A stretch of DNA of 64,000 bases from a virus. Lineage: Duplodnaviria; Caudoviricetes. The stretch is from IMG/VR virus record IMGVR_UViG_3300037067_011169, positions 23,302-87,301 of that record. One strand, 5' to 3'. Position 1 is the first letter of the stretch. The number at the start of each line of letters is the position of its first letter. Below the pieces are notes generated by a model. That model saw only the letters and a list, made by a program, of their open reading frames with translations. It was not told the DNA's origin and searched no databases. A program made the position numbers and the translations under genes. This document shows, piece after piece, positions 44,491-52,734 of this stretch.

Positions 44491-45222
44491 TCAGCTACGG
44501 GTAACAATGGGTTCTGTGGCGTTACACCGACCCGAAATAGAAATGACGGAATCCGAGAAACTCACTTCCCGACTCTCGCTGCGAAAATCGGGGAAGGTCG
44601 TCGTCTCTGTGTCAGAAGTGCCGCAAGGCGGAGTGTGAATCACTTCGATGTCCACAGCGTAAGGCTCGCACTTATCGGTTGCAGCAGAGACCCAATCCGC
44701 AGCCGACCCTTTACGCTTGAGAGCGTCCATCGGAGAGATAGTTTCACTGGTGCCCGTGGTGATGTGCTCGTAAACGAGATCGAAGTTCACATCCATGGGG
44801 ACCTGGTCGCCTTCACGAACCGTGTCCAGATCACCACGATCAAGATCGTAGTTGTACTCGCTGTTTTCCGTATACGTCACATCGCCGTCTCCAACCTTGA
44901 TCTCCACTTCACAGGGAGCAAAGGTAATGACAGCCGTGGTGACCACGCCGGAAGCAATGCCGGGAGTAAACGTAATGTCCGTTGTCGGCGACGTAGACGC
45001 GGGAGTCCTGGCCGTAACAGTGTGAGTTGGCGTCCCACTTTCACCTGCAATGGTGAATCGTGCGCCAAGGGGGACGAGGTCAGTGTCGTCAGTGTTCAGA
45101 ACAGTGGTGTTGATGGTAAGAGTGGTGTCCCCAGTAACAATACTGGAATCATTTACGGCCGCCGTCCCGGCAAGACCATCCTTAATCTTGATGACGGCGT
45201 CACGAAGTTCAATGCGCGCCAT
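44491..45222 (-). CDS. Major tail tube protein
   Basis: Follows the tail terminator; EIKVGDGDVTYTE..YNYDLDRGDLD shared core. Confidence 0.8.
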   Translation of the reverse strand: MARIELRDAVIKIKDGLAGTAAVNDSSIVTGDTTLTINTTVLNTDDTDLVPLGARFTIAGESGTPTHTVTARTPASTSPTTDITFTPGIASGVVTTAVITFAPCEVEIKVGDGDVTYTENSEYNYDLDRGDLDTVREGDQVPMDVNFDLVYEHITTGTSETISPMDALKRKGSAADWVSAATDKCEPYAVDIEVIHTPPCGTSDTETTTFPDFRSESREVSFSDSVISISGRCNATEPIVTRS

Positions 45223-45231
45223 GCGTATCTC

Positions 45232-45747
45232 CTATTCTTCGTTGAGGTAGAGGACATACCGTGCATCCACGGCGGTCTGTTTGATCTTGTCAACCTTGTC
45301 TAGTTGGCCAAAGTGCAAGACTCGAATACTGTTGTTGTTCCCCGGTTTTGGAAGCAAGCAGCCCAGGAATACCTGGGTACTTGGGGTTGAGGAGACGTAA
45401 TCGCCGGGTTCGTTGCCGTAATTCCACACTGGAATTGCGCCAGACATCGCCTCATGAAAAAGACCTACATACGTCAACCATGTCGCGGCATTCTTGCCCG
45501 CTCCGTCATAGCGGCTCGTAAGCAAGACGTTAGCGTCAACATAGATGCGATGGTAGCCTTTCGAGAGTTCCTGATCGAAAGGCCCAGTAATACGGATTTC
45601 CGCATGATCTGACGCACGCTCGAAGGTCGCTGTGCGTTGATCGAATCCCTCGACAATTACGGGAAGGGAAGCGTCCTCAGCCACGTCCTTTAGATAGTAG
45701 GCGACAGAATGAAATATCCACCGTGCCCAGTTGGGATCAGCAGCCAT
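45232..45747 (-). CDS. Tail terminator-like protein
   Basis: Synteny, size and beta-rich pattern. Confidence 0.6.
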   Translation of the reverse strand: MAADPNWARWIFHSVAYYLKDVAEDASLPVIVEGFDQRTATFERASDHAEIRITGPFDQELSKGYHRIYVDANVLLTSRYDGAGKNAATWLTYVGLFHEAMSGAIPVWNYGNEPGDYVSSTPSTQVFLGCLLPKPGNNNSIRVLHFGQLDKVDKIKQTAVDARYVLYLNEE

Positions 45748-45755
45748 GATTGCTC

Positions 45756-46259
45756 CTACGTCAACGTGACGGAGTCAGTGAGCGTCAAGGTCGATTCTGC
45801 CTTTAGCTCGAATATCTGTTCAGGCACTTCACCGACAAGCTCTCTGCCTACAATGATCCAGCCAGCATCCACCTCGAATAGCTCGACGGACTTCACCTGA
45901 TATTTGCGATTGTTGTAAACGATCCAGTCGTCAGCGGTCAGTTCTGGAAGAGAAGGCACGTCACGGCGATCAATGATGAAATCACGTTGATTGGAATCAT
46001 AGGTGCCACCCGTCACAAACTCCTTATTTGCAGAAATGACCGAGATCGTCTGTTGTGCAACACGGTCCACTTTGGAAGGTAGAACCACAGCGCGCCGAAC
46101 ATGCGTCACAGTCTTGACGGCGGTGTGGATTCCAGTACGAGGATCAGTAGTGCTCGACACCAATTTATAGATGTCAATGGGAGCCCCGTAATCCTTCTTC
46201 ATCTGATAGAGTGCTTGTCGGATTCGTTGGTTGAGATTGCGGTTGACCGGTGAACGCAT
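45756..46259 (-). CDS. Head closure/head-tail adaptor
   Basis: DDWIVYNNRKYQVKSV pattern typical of head-closure proteins. Confidence 0.65.
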   Translation of the reverse strand: MRSPVNRNLNQRIRQALYQMKKDYGAPIDIYKLVSSTTDPRTGIHTAVKTVTHVRRAVVLPSKVDRVAQQTISVISANKEFVTGGTYDSNQRDFIIDRRDVPSLPELTADDWIVYNNRKYQVKSVELFEVDAGWIIVGRELVGEVPEQIFELKAESTLTLTDSVTLT

Positions 46260-46268
46260 GACAGAACC

Positions 46269-46526
46269 CTAGCACTCAAGACGCCGTTCCAATCGCTCCA
46301 TAACAGAGGTGTTCTTTGCGATCACGGCTGAACAATCCTTGACGAGAGGCAAAATGACTTCACGTTGTTCGTTTTCCAACTCATCGAGTCGGTCTGACAA
46401 ACGATCTTCACGTCTCCAGTCACGCCACAGAAAAAAGACAACTGCTAGAAAGAAAGGTCCGAATTGTTTGATGAGCGAAATTGCGTCAGCAAACTCTCCA
46501 GAAGCAAAAAGAATAGGCATCCACAC
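46269..46526 (-). CDS. Putative holin (BhlA/UviB-like architecture)
   Basis: One TM segment (GPFFLAVVFFLW) followed by a charged coiled coil. Confidence 0.5.
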   Translation of the reverse strand: MWMPILFASGEFADAISLIKQFGPFFLAVVFFLWRDWRREDRLSDRLDELENEQREVILPLVKDCSAVIAKNTSVMERLERRLEC

Positions 46527-46544
46527 GTCCTTTCACTAAGCTGA

Positions 46545-46583
46545 AGAAAGCCCCACTCGCCCTATGGGAATAGGGCGAGTGGG
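46545..46583 (-). terminator. Intrinsic terminator after the major capsid gene
   Basis: Perfect 14-bp stem CCCACTCGCCCTAT/ATAGGGCGAGTGGG followed by GCTTTCTTC. Confidence 0.85.
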
Positions 46584-46594
46584 ACGAAAGATGC

Positions 46595-48022
46595 TTAGCC
46601 AAGCAGCGGCACACAGAGATTGGAATCCAGCATCGCAACACCGCAGAGCAGGTCAAGGTTGACCACTGTCCCACCCGCGTTGATGTCATACTGCATCGAC
46701 ACTCTCATCGACACGTCGTTGTGAACGCCAACCTTGGTGAGAACGCCGAGCGCGTTGTTCGGCATTGCCAGAGGTCGGCTGACCAAGGCGATAGCCTCAC
46801 GATGGAACGCCCAGTTGAACGAACCATAGGGGCCCGGGAAGGCTAAGGCCGCGCTGGGAGTCCCGTCGATGGCGATCTCCAACGGACGATCAAGGTAGAC
46901 CGTGCATTGGGTGCCAGCGTCGTTCTCTTCGGACTCAATGACCGTATAGGTCCGACGATTGGAGCCTGTCCCAAAGGCCAGCAACTGACCAACCTGAACA
47001 GGAGCGCCAGTCGTGTAGCCACTCAGCACGATTCCCTTCGTGTAATTCGCGGCGTAGTCCGCCGTGACGTTGCACGCCTTGTACACCGTGAGGACCGCAA
47101 GAGCGTCAGTAGCGTACTTGTTGGCTTCGTGCATTGTGACCGCAGTCGTGTTCGTACTGGCGGTAACAGCCGTGAGATACGTCGGTTGGGCATTGCCCAC
47201 AACCGTGGCGAACTCACCAACATTGCACTCATACGACGTAACGGTACAAGCCTGGGACCCACTTGCGCCAGCCGCAGCCGCGTTCGTAATGGTGCCAGTT
47301 ACCGTGTCAGCGCCGCTCGTGATGCAGTTGACGTTCTGATCCAGAACTGTGCCGAAACCAAGAATCCGACCAAGAGTCGCATTCTCCAGTGCGTTTCCGC
47401 CGTCACCACGCTCATTGGCCTTGATGAACATCGTGTTCTGAAGCAGCGAGGTTTCGCTCGCGGGCGACAGAACCAAATTCCGACCTTGCATCGGGGCCTT
47501 GTTCGTGTTGAGAATCTGCCGAGCTTCGAGCACATACTCATGGCTGTTGGAGCTTGTCAGACCACCGAGCTTGCCAGCCCGGTTGGCGCTGCCCGTGAGG
47601 TACTCGTGAATACGGCCGATAATGGCTCGATCCACAGAGCGGGCGATCGTCTGCATACCGGGAACCAGGTAGATATCCACCAGGTCCTGGAAGGACAGAC
47701 TCGCTTCGCCATCCTTGATGGTGAAGCTGTTGTAGAACCACTGATCCAGCGGAACGCGAACATTAGTCGCATTCGCATCTTGCTGAACCAGGGTGTCGCC
47801 ATCAACCTTTCGGCGAATGGCGAAGGTTCCCGGCCGACGTGTGTTGACCACATCGCCGTAATTCCGAACCTCATTCTCGAAATCACGGTAGACCATACGA
47901 GCCATCACCATATTCTCTTCGAGAATGGCAAGACCTTCGTTGGCCCACATTTCCGGGACGTAAGCATCATTGTCGTTGGCGTAGCACGGAAAAACGGCTA
48001 CCGACAGATACACAAGACTCAT
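46595..48022 (-). CDS. Major capsid protein (P22 coat-like) with N-terminal leader and internal insertion
   Basis: VPEMWANEGLAILEENMV..GDVVNTRRP; GGAG RBS and ATG 48022. Confidence 0.9.
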   Translation of the reverse strand: MSLVYLSVAVFPCYANDNDAYVPEMWANEGLAILEENMVMARMVYRDFENEVRNYGDVVNTRRPGTFAIRRKVDGDTLVQQDANATNVRVPLDQWFYNSFTIKDGEASLSFQDLVDIYLVPGMQTIARSVDRAIIGRIHEYLTGSANRAGKLGGLTSSNSHEYVLEARQILNTNKAPMQGRNLVLSPASETSLLQNTMFIKANERGDGGNALENATLGRILGFGTVLDQNVNCITSGADTVTGTITNAAAAGASGSQACTVTSYECNVGEFATVVGNAQPTYLTAVTASTNTTAVTMHEANKYATDALAVLTVYKACNVTADYAANYTKGIVLSGYTTGAPVQVGQLLAFGTGSNRRTYTVIESEENDAGTQCTVYLDRPLEIAIDGTPSAALAFPGPYGSFNWAFHREAIALVSRPLAMPNNALGVLTKVGVHNDVSMRVSMQYDINAGGTVVNLDLLCGVAMLDSNLCVPLLG

Positions 48023-48080
48023 TGGGTTGTCTCCGTTGGACAAATCATTGTTGAACGTGTTTCATACAACCCCTGACCGC

Positions 48081-48941
48081 TTAACGACGACCTTTAGCCC
48101 TAAGACCGAGCAACTCAGGGTGTTCTGCTCGAATCTTTAGATACTGATCCGGCGTGAGATTACGCGGATCAATCTTGCCGTTAGAACCCGGTGTAAGGCC
48201 ACCGATAGCCGAATTGCCACCAACACCCGATACGACATTCTTGCGGAAGAGATTCTGTGACGCTTGGACCTCCGTCATACGCTTGACTGCCTCAACTGGT
48301 GTCTTAGTGGTCATGATGTCTTGTCCCGTGGTCTCGTCCTTATCCGGGAAATCAACCACGACTTTGAACTCACCGCTGCCTTTTCCTGTCTTGTCATCAA
48401 TCTGCTCGACAAGTCTTGTCTTGCCTTTCAACAGAGTGACAACTTGAGAAGCATCCCAGGCTTCGTGCTCGATGGCTGCATCATTCAACGCTCGAACGAT
48501 TGTTGAATCACGCCATCTTGACTCAGCCGCCTCAGCACGCTTTTCCGCAGCAGTAAGTTTTTCTCGGAAAGTCGCTTCGAGTTCTTTCTTTTCCTGGGCC
48601 GATTGAAGCTCCCGGCTCCGAAGCTGACCCTGAATGGCATCTAGGTTCTCTTGAAGAACCTTTCGCTCCTTTTCAGTCAGGCTGTTGCTCGTGGAGAGCA
48701 ATTCCTTGTAGGTCGCCTCAGTCTTTTCCAACTCACGTTGGTACCGCGTTTCCTGCTTGCGCCGTTCCGCAGCGATTGCGTCATTGAATTTCTTCTGCTG
48801 CTCGGGGTTGAACCCGTCTGGAACCCTCACCGGGTCCTCATCCTTTGGAGGATCAGGAACGGCAGGTGCAATAGGTGGATTGTCTGTTTCATTGTCATAA
48901 CAAGGAAAGAGAACACACGGTCTGTACATAGAATCAAACAT
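48081..48941 (-). CDS. Capsid scaffolding protein
   Basis: Pro-rich N-terminus, long coiled coil, C-terminal LTPDQYLKIR helix; immediately before the MCP; ATG 48941. Confidence 0.8.
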   Translation of the reverse strand: MFDSMYRPCVLFPCYDNETDNPPIAPAVPDPPKDEDPVRVPDGFNPEQQKKFNDAIAAERRKQETRYQRELEKTEATYKELLSTSNSLTEKERKVLQENLDAIQGQLRSRELQSAQEKKELEATFREKLTAAEKRAEAAESRWRDSTIVRALNDAAIEHEAWDASQVVTLLKGKTRLVEQIDDKTGKGSGEFKVVVDFPDKDETTGQDIMTTKTPVEAVKRMTEVQASQNLFRKNVVSGVGGNSAIGGLTPGSNGKIDPRNLTPDQYLKIRAEHPELLGLRAKGRR

Positions 48942-49016
48942 GGTTTTCCTTACGGACCCCGATTGTGCCCGGTCTATCTGGCGCGGGTTTCGCCAGCCGG
49001 TAGAAGCATGCAAGGT

Positions 49017-49574
49017 CTAACACACCCTGCTGATGCGAATTGCATCATCATCCCGGAGAAAAGGGATGACAAGTCGCCATGCCAAAGCTGATGGCACGCC
49101 ATTCACGATATGCTCTACAGGAACATGGGTGCGACTAAATGTAGTGCGTACCGAAGAATAGCCCTGACTCACGATCCCGAGATTCTCAAGCTCGATTTCA
49201 GGGTCCTTGCCATCCAAAAGGCAATGGGCTATCTCGTAACACGCACGACGAATGGCTTCAGGAACTTCAGTATCTGCCCCTCTAGGAAATTCCAGTTCCT
49301 GAGATGCTTCGGCAGCCATGATTTCCTCTCGTGTAGGAGAATCATAGCTGCCGTAAGCCGAAGGAATGTCCGTCAAATTGTAGGTCTGCAACAGAGTATA
49401 GACCGGGGCTTTGTAGCCCTTGAAATTCAAGGTGTCTATAATCTGCGTTGCCGCCCAAAGCGCTTTCGGACGATCTTCCACGGCCGCATCAGTCCAAGCG
49501 GTTTCGTGCAGCCGCATAGCAAAATAGGCGTTTGCTTCGCTGAGATCGCCATAGTAAGAGGTACTGATAGCCAT
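49017..49574 (-). CDS. Head-tail connector (DnaT-like)
   Basis: YYGDLSEANAYF, ALWAATQIID, QELEFPR, VPEAIRRACYEIA. Confidence 0.8.
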   Translation of the reverse strand: MAISTSYYGDLSEANAYFAMRLHETAWTDAAVEDRPKALWAATQIIDTLNFKGYKAPVYTLLQTYNLTDIPSAYGSYDSPTREEIMAAEASQELEFPRGADTEVPEAIRRACYEIAHCLLDGKDPEIELENLGIVSQGYSSVRTTFSRTHVPVEHIVNGVPSALAWRLVIPFLRDDDAIRISRVC

Positions 49575-49595
49575 GAAAGAACTCCGACGCTATGG

Positions 49596-50288
49596 TCAGT
49601 TGTCGCCGTGATTGATCCAAGTGAACGTGATGGTTCCGTTGACCGTCAAAGCATCGTCCCCGGTCGAATCAGCATCGGGAACAGCCAAGTTAAGGTAAGC
49701 ATCCTTTGCGGTAGCCGTGCCATCCCAGACCCCAGCAGCCATTTCAGTCGCGGTAGACTGGCCATCCAGAGCGCCCGCGCCAGCCGTCAAAGTCGCAGCA
49801 GTGCTCGGCAAGATGTCAGCTTCGGTGCCAGTCAGAGTGGCATTATCTGTGCCAACAGTGGCAGTTCCAACCGAACCAACAACCGCAGCCGTCGCACCAA
49901 TGGCCGTTCCAACTCGCGCGATGGCCAGGTCCGTGGTACAACCGAGGACCTGAATCAGACCAGCGGGAAAATCGTAGATTTTCTGGCTACCATGAGAACC
50001 AGCCGTTGTGGCATCCGTCATCGTCACCGACAACGCCGACACGGTAAGAACCGTCTGATGAATCGCACCAGCAGCCTCCGCAGCCGTCACTCCAGTGCCA
50101 GCAGCAGCGCCAGCCGGTGGATTACCATAGGCGGCACCGAGAGCCCCTTCGACAGCAATCACTTCGGCCGCAATCTTGTCCCAATCCTGCGAATTCGGGT
50201 CGAGAGTCGAAAGTCGATCCTCCCGCCAAGAATTCTCAGTAGTTCCGTCCCAAACCGTTGTTGGGTACGCAGCATCAACGATAGGCAT
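49596..50288 (-). CDS. Putative head decoration/minor structural protein
   Basis: Ala/Thr/Gly-rich beta protein in the head module. Confidence 0.55.
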   Translation of the reverse strand: MPIVDAAYPTTVWDGTTENSWREDRLSTLDPNSQDWDKIAAEVIAVEGALGAAYGNPPAGAAAGTGVTAAEAAGAIHQTVLTVSALSVTMTDATTAGSHGSQKIYDFPAGLIQVLGCTTDLAIARVGTAIGATAAVVGSVGTATVGTDNATLTGTEADILPSTAATLTAGAGALDGQSTATEMAAGVWDGTATAKDAYLNLAVPDADSTGDDALTVNGTITFTWINHGDN

Positions 50289-50323
50289 TTACATTCTCCT
50301 ATTATCGTTTTCCACACAACCGT

Positions 50324-50914
50324 TTACACAGACATCCACGAGTACAGACTTCCCGCACTTGCATCGGTCTTCACAATGGACACTGTACATCCTGCATCGC
50401 TCCCAACGCCCGTCATGAGCGAAACATCCGTTTTCGCAAAATCACCTGTAAACTCAACCGTGAATGGACCGCCCGGGTCGCCCGTCACGGCAACATTATC
50501 TGTCCCTATGGTACTCAAGGCTTCCAGAGCCGCATCCACCGCCGATGCAGCCGCATCGTAGGCGATCGCAGTAGTAGTCTGGCCATCAAAGGTCAGCGTA
50601 AATGTATCGCCGGCGCTTCCGGCGACCGTCACGACTTGGGAACTATTTCCAGCCGGAGTGGCCACGACGTAAACACCAGAAGGGTCCTCAATTGGAATCT
50701 CCACCTCGTTCGTTTCATACAAAAGGTAGCCGGTACTTGTCGTTACCGTCGATGGTCCCACGTAGATGCCTATCGTATTGCCGTCAGTCGCTCGCACGCG
50801 AATATACTTGTAGGCTTTCCTTGCCATATTGGAGGCAACAATTGGCTTCGCAACGGCATCAGCACCACCGTGGCCGGTGTAGAAGTCGTCAACTGTATCT
50901 TGATGAATATCCAT
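50324..50914 (-). CDS. Putative head decoration protein with a beta module shared with a tail tube paralog
   Basis: TFTLTFDGQTT..YDAAA..ALEALSTIG module. Confidence 0.6.
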   Translation of the reverse strand: MDIHQDTVDDFYTGHGGADAVAKPIVASNMARKAYKYIRVRATDGNTIGIYVGPSTVTTSTGYLLYETNEVEIPIEDPSGVYVVATPAGNSSQVVTVAGSAGDTFTLTFDGQTTTAIAYDAAASAVDAALEALSTIGTDNVAVTGDPGGPFTVEFTGDFAKTDVSLMTGVGSDAGCTVSIVKTDASAGSLYSWMSV

Positions 50915-52725
50915 CAGTTCGTTCCTTGATTTTTGATGCCTTTACCACGAACGCGACGACGTTTACTATCGTGAAGCGTTCGATCCCGGCCTTGTTTCTT
51001 TTCTTCACTTGCAGCGTTCGCTGGGTTCTCTGACAGATCAGGAACACCCCTAGCTGCTGGGTCTCCGCCCATGCTATTCTGCGACCCTTTGACACTAGCC
51101 TGAGCTTGAGCAACACGGGCAGCACGTTCCGCATGATCCTTCCTAGCCTGAATATACTCTTCAGAACTGAACCCAAGAGCCATTGAGCCGGTCTGTTCGC
51201 CACAGAGGCCAGCCTCCACAGCCGCCAGAATAGTCTCTGGATCACTAGTTGTGTAATCAGCCTGGTCAATCTCAAGAAAGATTTTCGAGATCGTTTCCAC
51301 ATTGACCTTGCCGCCCAACAGAGCCTGCGTGATATTCTTGCAAATTTCCCGCTTACTGGTCTGGCCCGGAATGCTGCTCATCAACTTCGAGAGCCGAGTG
51401 GCTTCCTCGATCCTGTCTACATCCGTTTTCAACGAATAGCGGTCAGGATACTTGACGGTTGCAATCTTTCTTTTGCTGATTACTCGGTCTTCATAAGCCG
51501 CCCAGTATTCCGCTAGTTTTCTTTCTGCGCTCTCAAGGACCAATCCAATGTAACTCAAGCCTGCTTCCAGACCTTGAACGTCAATAGACATCCCTTGTCC
51601 GGTCGCCTTCGCGGCAAGACCTTCGACGCCGAGATTGATGAGACGTGTGATCTCTTGAGCAATCTCTTCTCTAAGGTCCATCGACGCCCTAAGCGGATCG
51701 GGAGAAGGGTTGATAAACGCTGGGGCGGCGGCCTTAATGTCGTAGGCTCGTCCACGAGTCGCCCCGATCATGATTTCGTTGTCATGTGCGCCCTGGCCAC
51801 CCGCAGTCGCAGTTCCGTCCGGGTTCGCGGCTTGCTTGAGGTGGCTTGCCACCGCCCGCATGTCGCGCTGCTCGATATAGAACGGAAAATTGGCCTTCAA
51901 CGCAAAATTGACATCGCTCGAAATCAAGTTGAGCAAGGCAATCTGATGATTGCAAATGTCCTTTAGGAGAGAGTCCCCGAGATCAATATAAACAAAGGGG
52001 ATTCGGTTCAACTCAAGAGTAATGGGTCCGCCAGGAACACCATTACGATCAATCGGATCACCCTCCATCGAATAGAACTGAAGGTTGACCAACCCGGTCA
52101 CCTCGTCGATCCACAGAAGACGGAAACGTTGATACGTTTGGAGTGGAAGCGTTGTCGCCTGATCGTATTCCATGCAGGTATCACGAAGGAGCAACGCCTG
52201 AAATTCGCTAGGATCATCCGGTTTGGTGCATGACCAACTCAGGATGTCCTCAACCTGGTAGGGATACAGATACGGCCGTGCATCGCCAACTTCGGCGATT
52301 GTTCCACCTGGAACAACCGAGTTGTCCACGAACACTCCGACACGGCCCATGACCAGGGCTTCCGTTAGGCATTTGATGCCCAGGAAGGCATTCATCGTGC
52401 TTCCCCGGCGATCGACGCCTTGATCCAAACCAGCGATCGCACGTTGATAGGCTTTGCTGCCATCGCGGCGCGTGATGTCGTGCATACGCTGAAAAATGGA
52501 ATTCCGAATTCGATTGATCGCGGCTTTGGCAAAGCTGGGAACCGGGGTCAGTCGTTTGCGAGCTTCAAAATCAATCGCATCCTCACGATTCGTGAAACGC
52601 TCAAGATACTTGTCGCGGAACTCCTCGCCACCGCGATAAGTCAAGCGCCACTTCTCCCAGTCCTGCACGTTGGACATGAAATTAGGATGCCGACTGTCAA
52701 TCACACGATACTGCGGGAGACTCAT
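50914..52725 (-). CDS. Portal protein
   Basis: 603 aa directly after the terminase; W..WRLTYRGG..YL..F..E..DF..R pattern. Confidence 0.85.
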   Translation of the reverse strand: MSLPQYRVIDSRHPNFMSNVQDWEKWRLTYRGGEEFRDKYLERFTNREDAIDFEARKRLTPVPSFAKAAINRIRNSIFQRMHDITRRDGSKAYQRAIAGLDQGVDRRGSTMNAFLGIKCLTEALVMGRVGVFVDNSVVPGGTIAEVGDARPYLYPYQVEDILSWSCTKPDDPSEFQALLLRDTCMEYDQATTLPLQTYQRFRLLWIDEVTGLVNLQFYSMEGDPIDRNGVPGGPITLELNRIPFVYIDLGDSLLKDICNHQIALLNLISSDVNFALKANFPFYIEQRDMRAVASHLKQAANPDGTATAGGQGAHDNEIMIGATRGRAYDIKAAAPAFINPSPDPLRASMDLREEIAQEITRLINLGVEGLAAKATGQGMSIDVQGLEAGLSYIGLVLESAERKLAEYWAAYEDRVISKRKIATVKYPDRYSLKTDVDRIEEATRLSKLMSSIPGQTSKREICKNITQALLGGKVNVETISKIFLEIDQADYTTSDPETILAAVEAGLCGEQTGSMALGFSSEEYIQARKDHAERAARVAQAQASVKGSQNSMGGDPAARGVPDLSENPANAASEEKKQGRDRTLHDSKRRRVRGKGIKNQGTN

Positions 52726-52734
52726 TCCAACCTC

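Noticed and set aside
43421-50561. Long plus-strand ORFs (43421-44638, 46907-48076, 49110-50561) and similar ones such as 21786-22607 and 57469-58368
   Set aside because: They are antisense shadows of well-supported minus-strand genes, with no motifs or RBS
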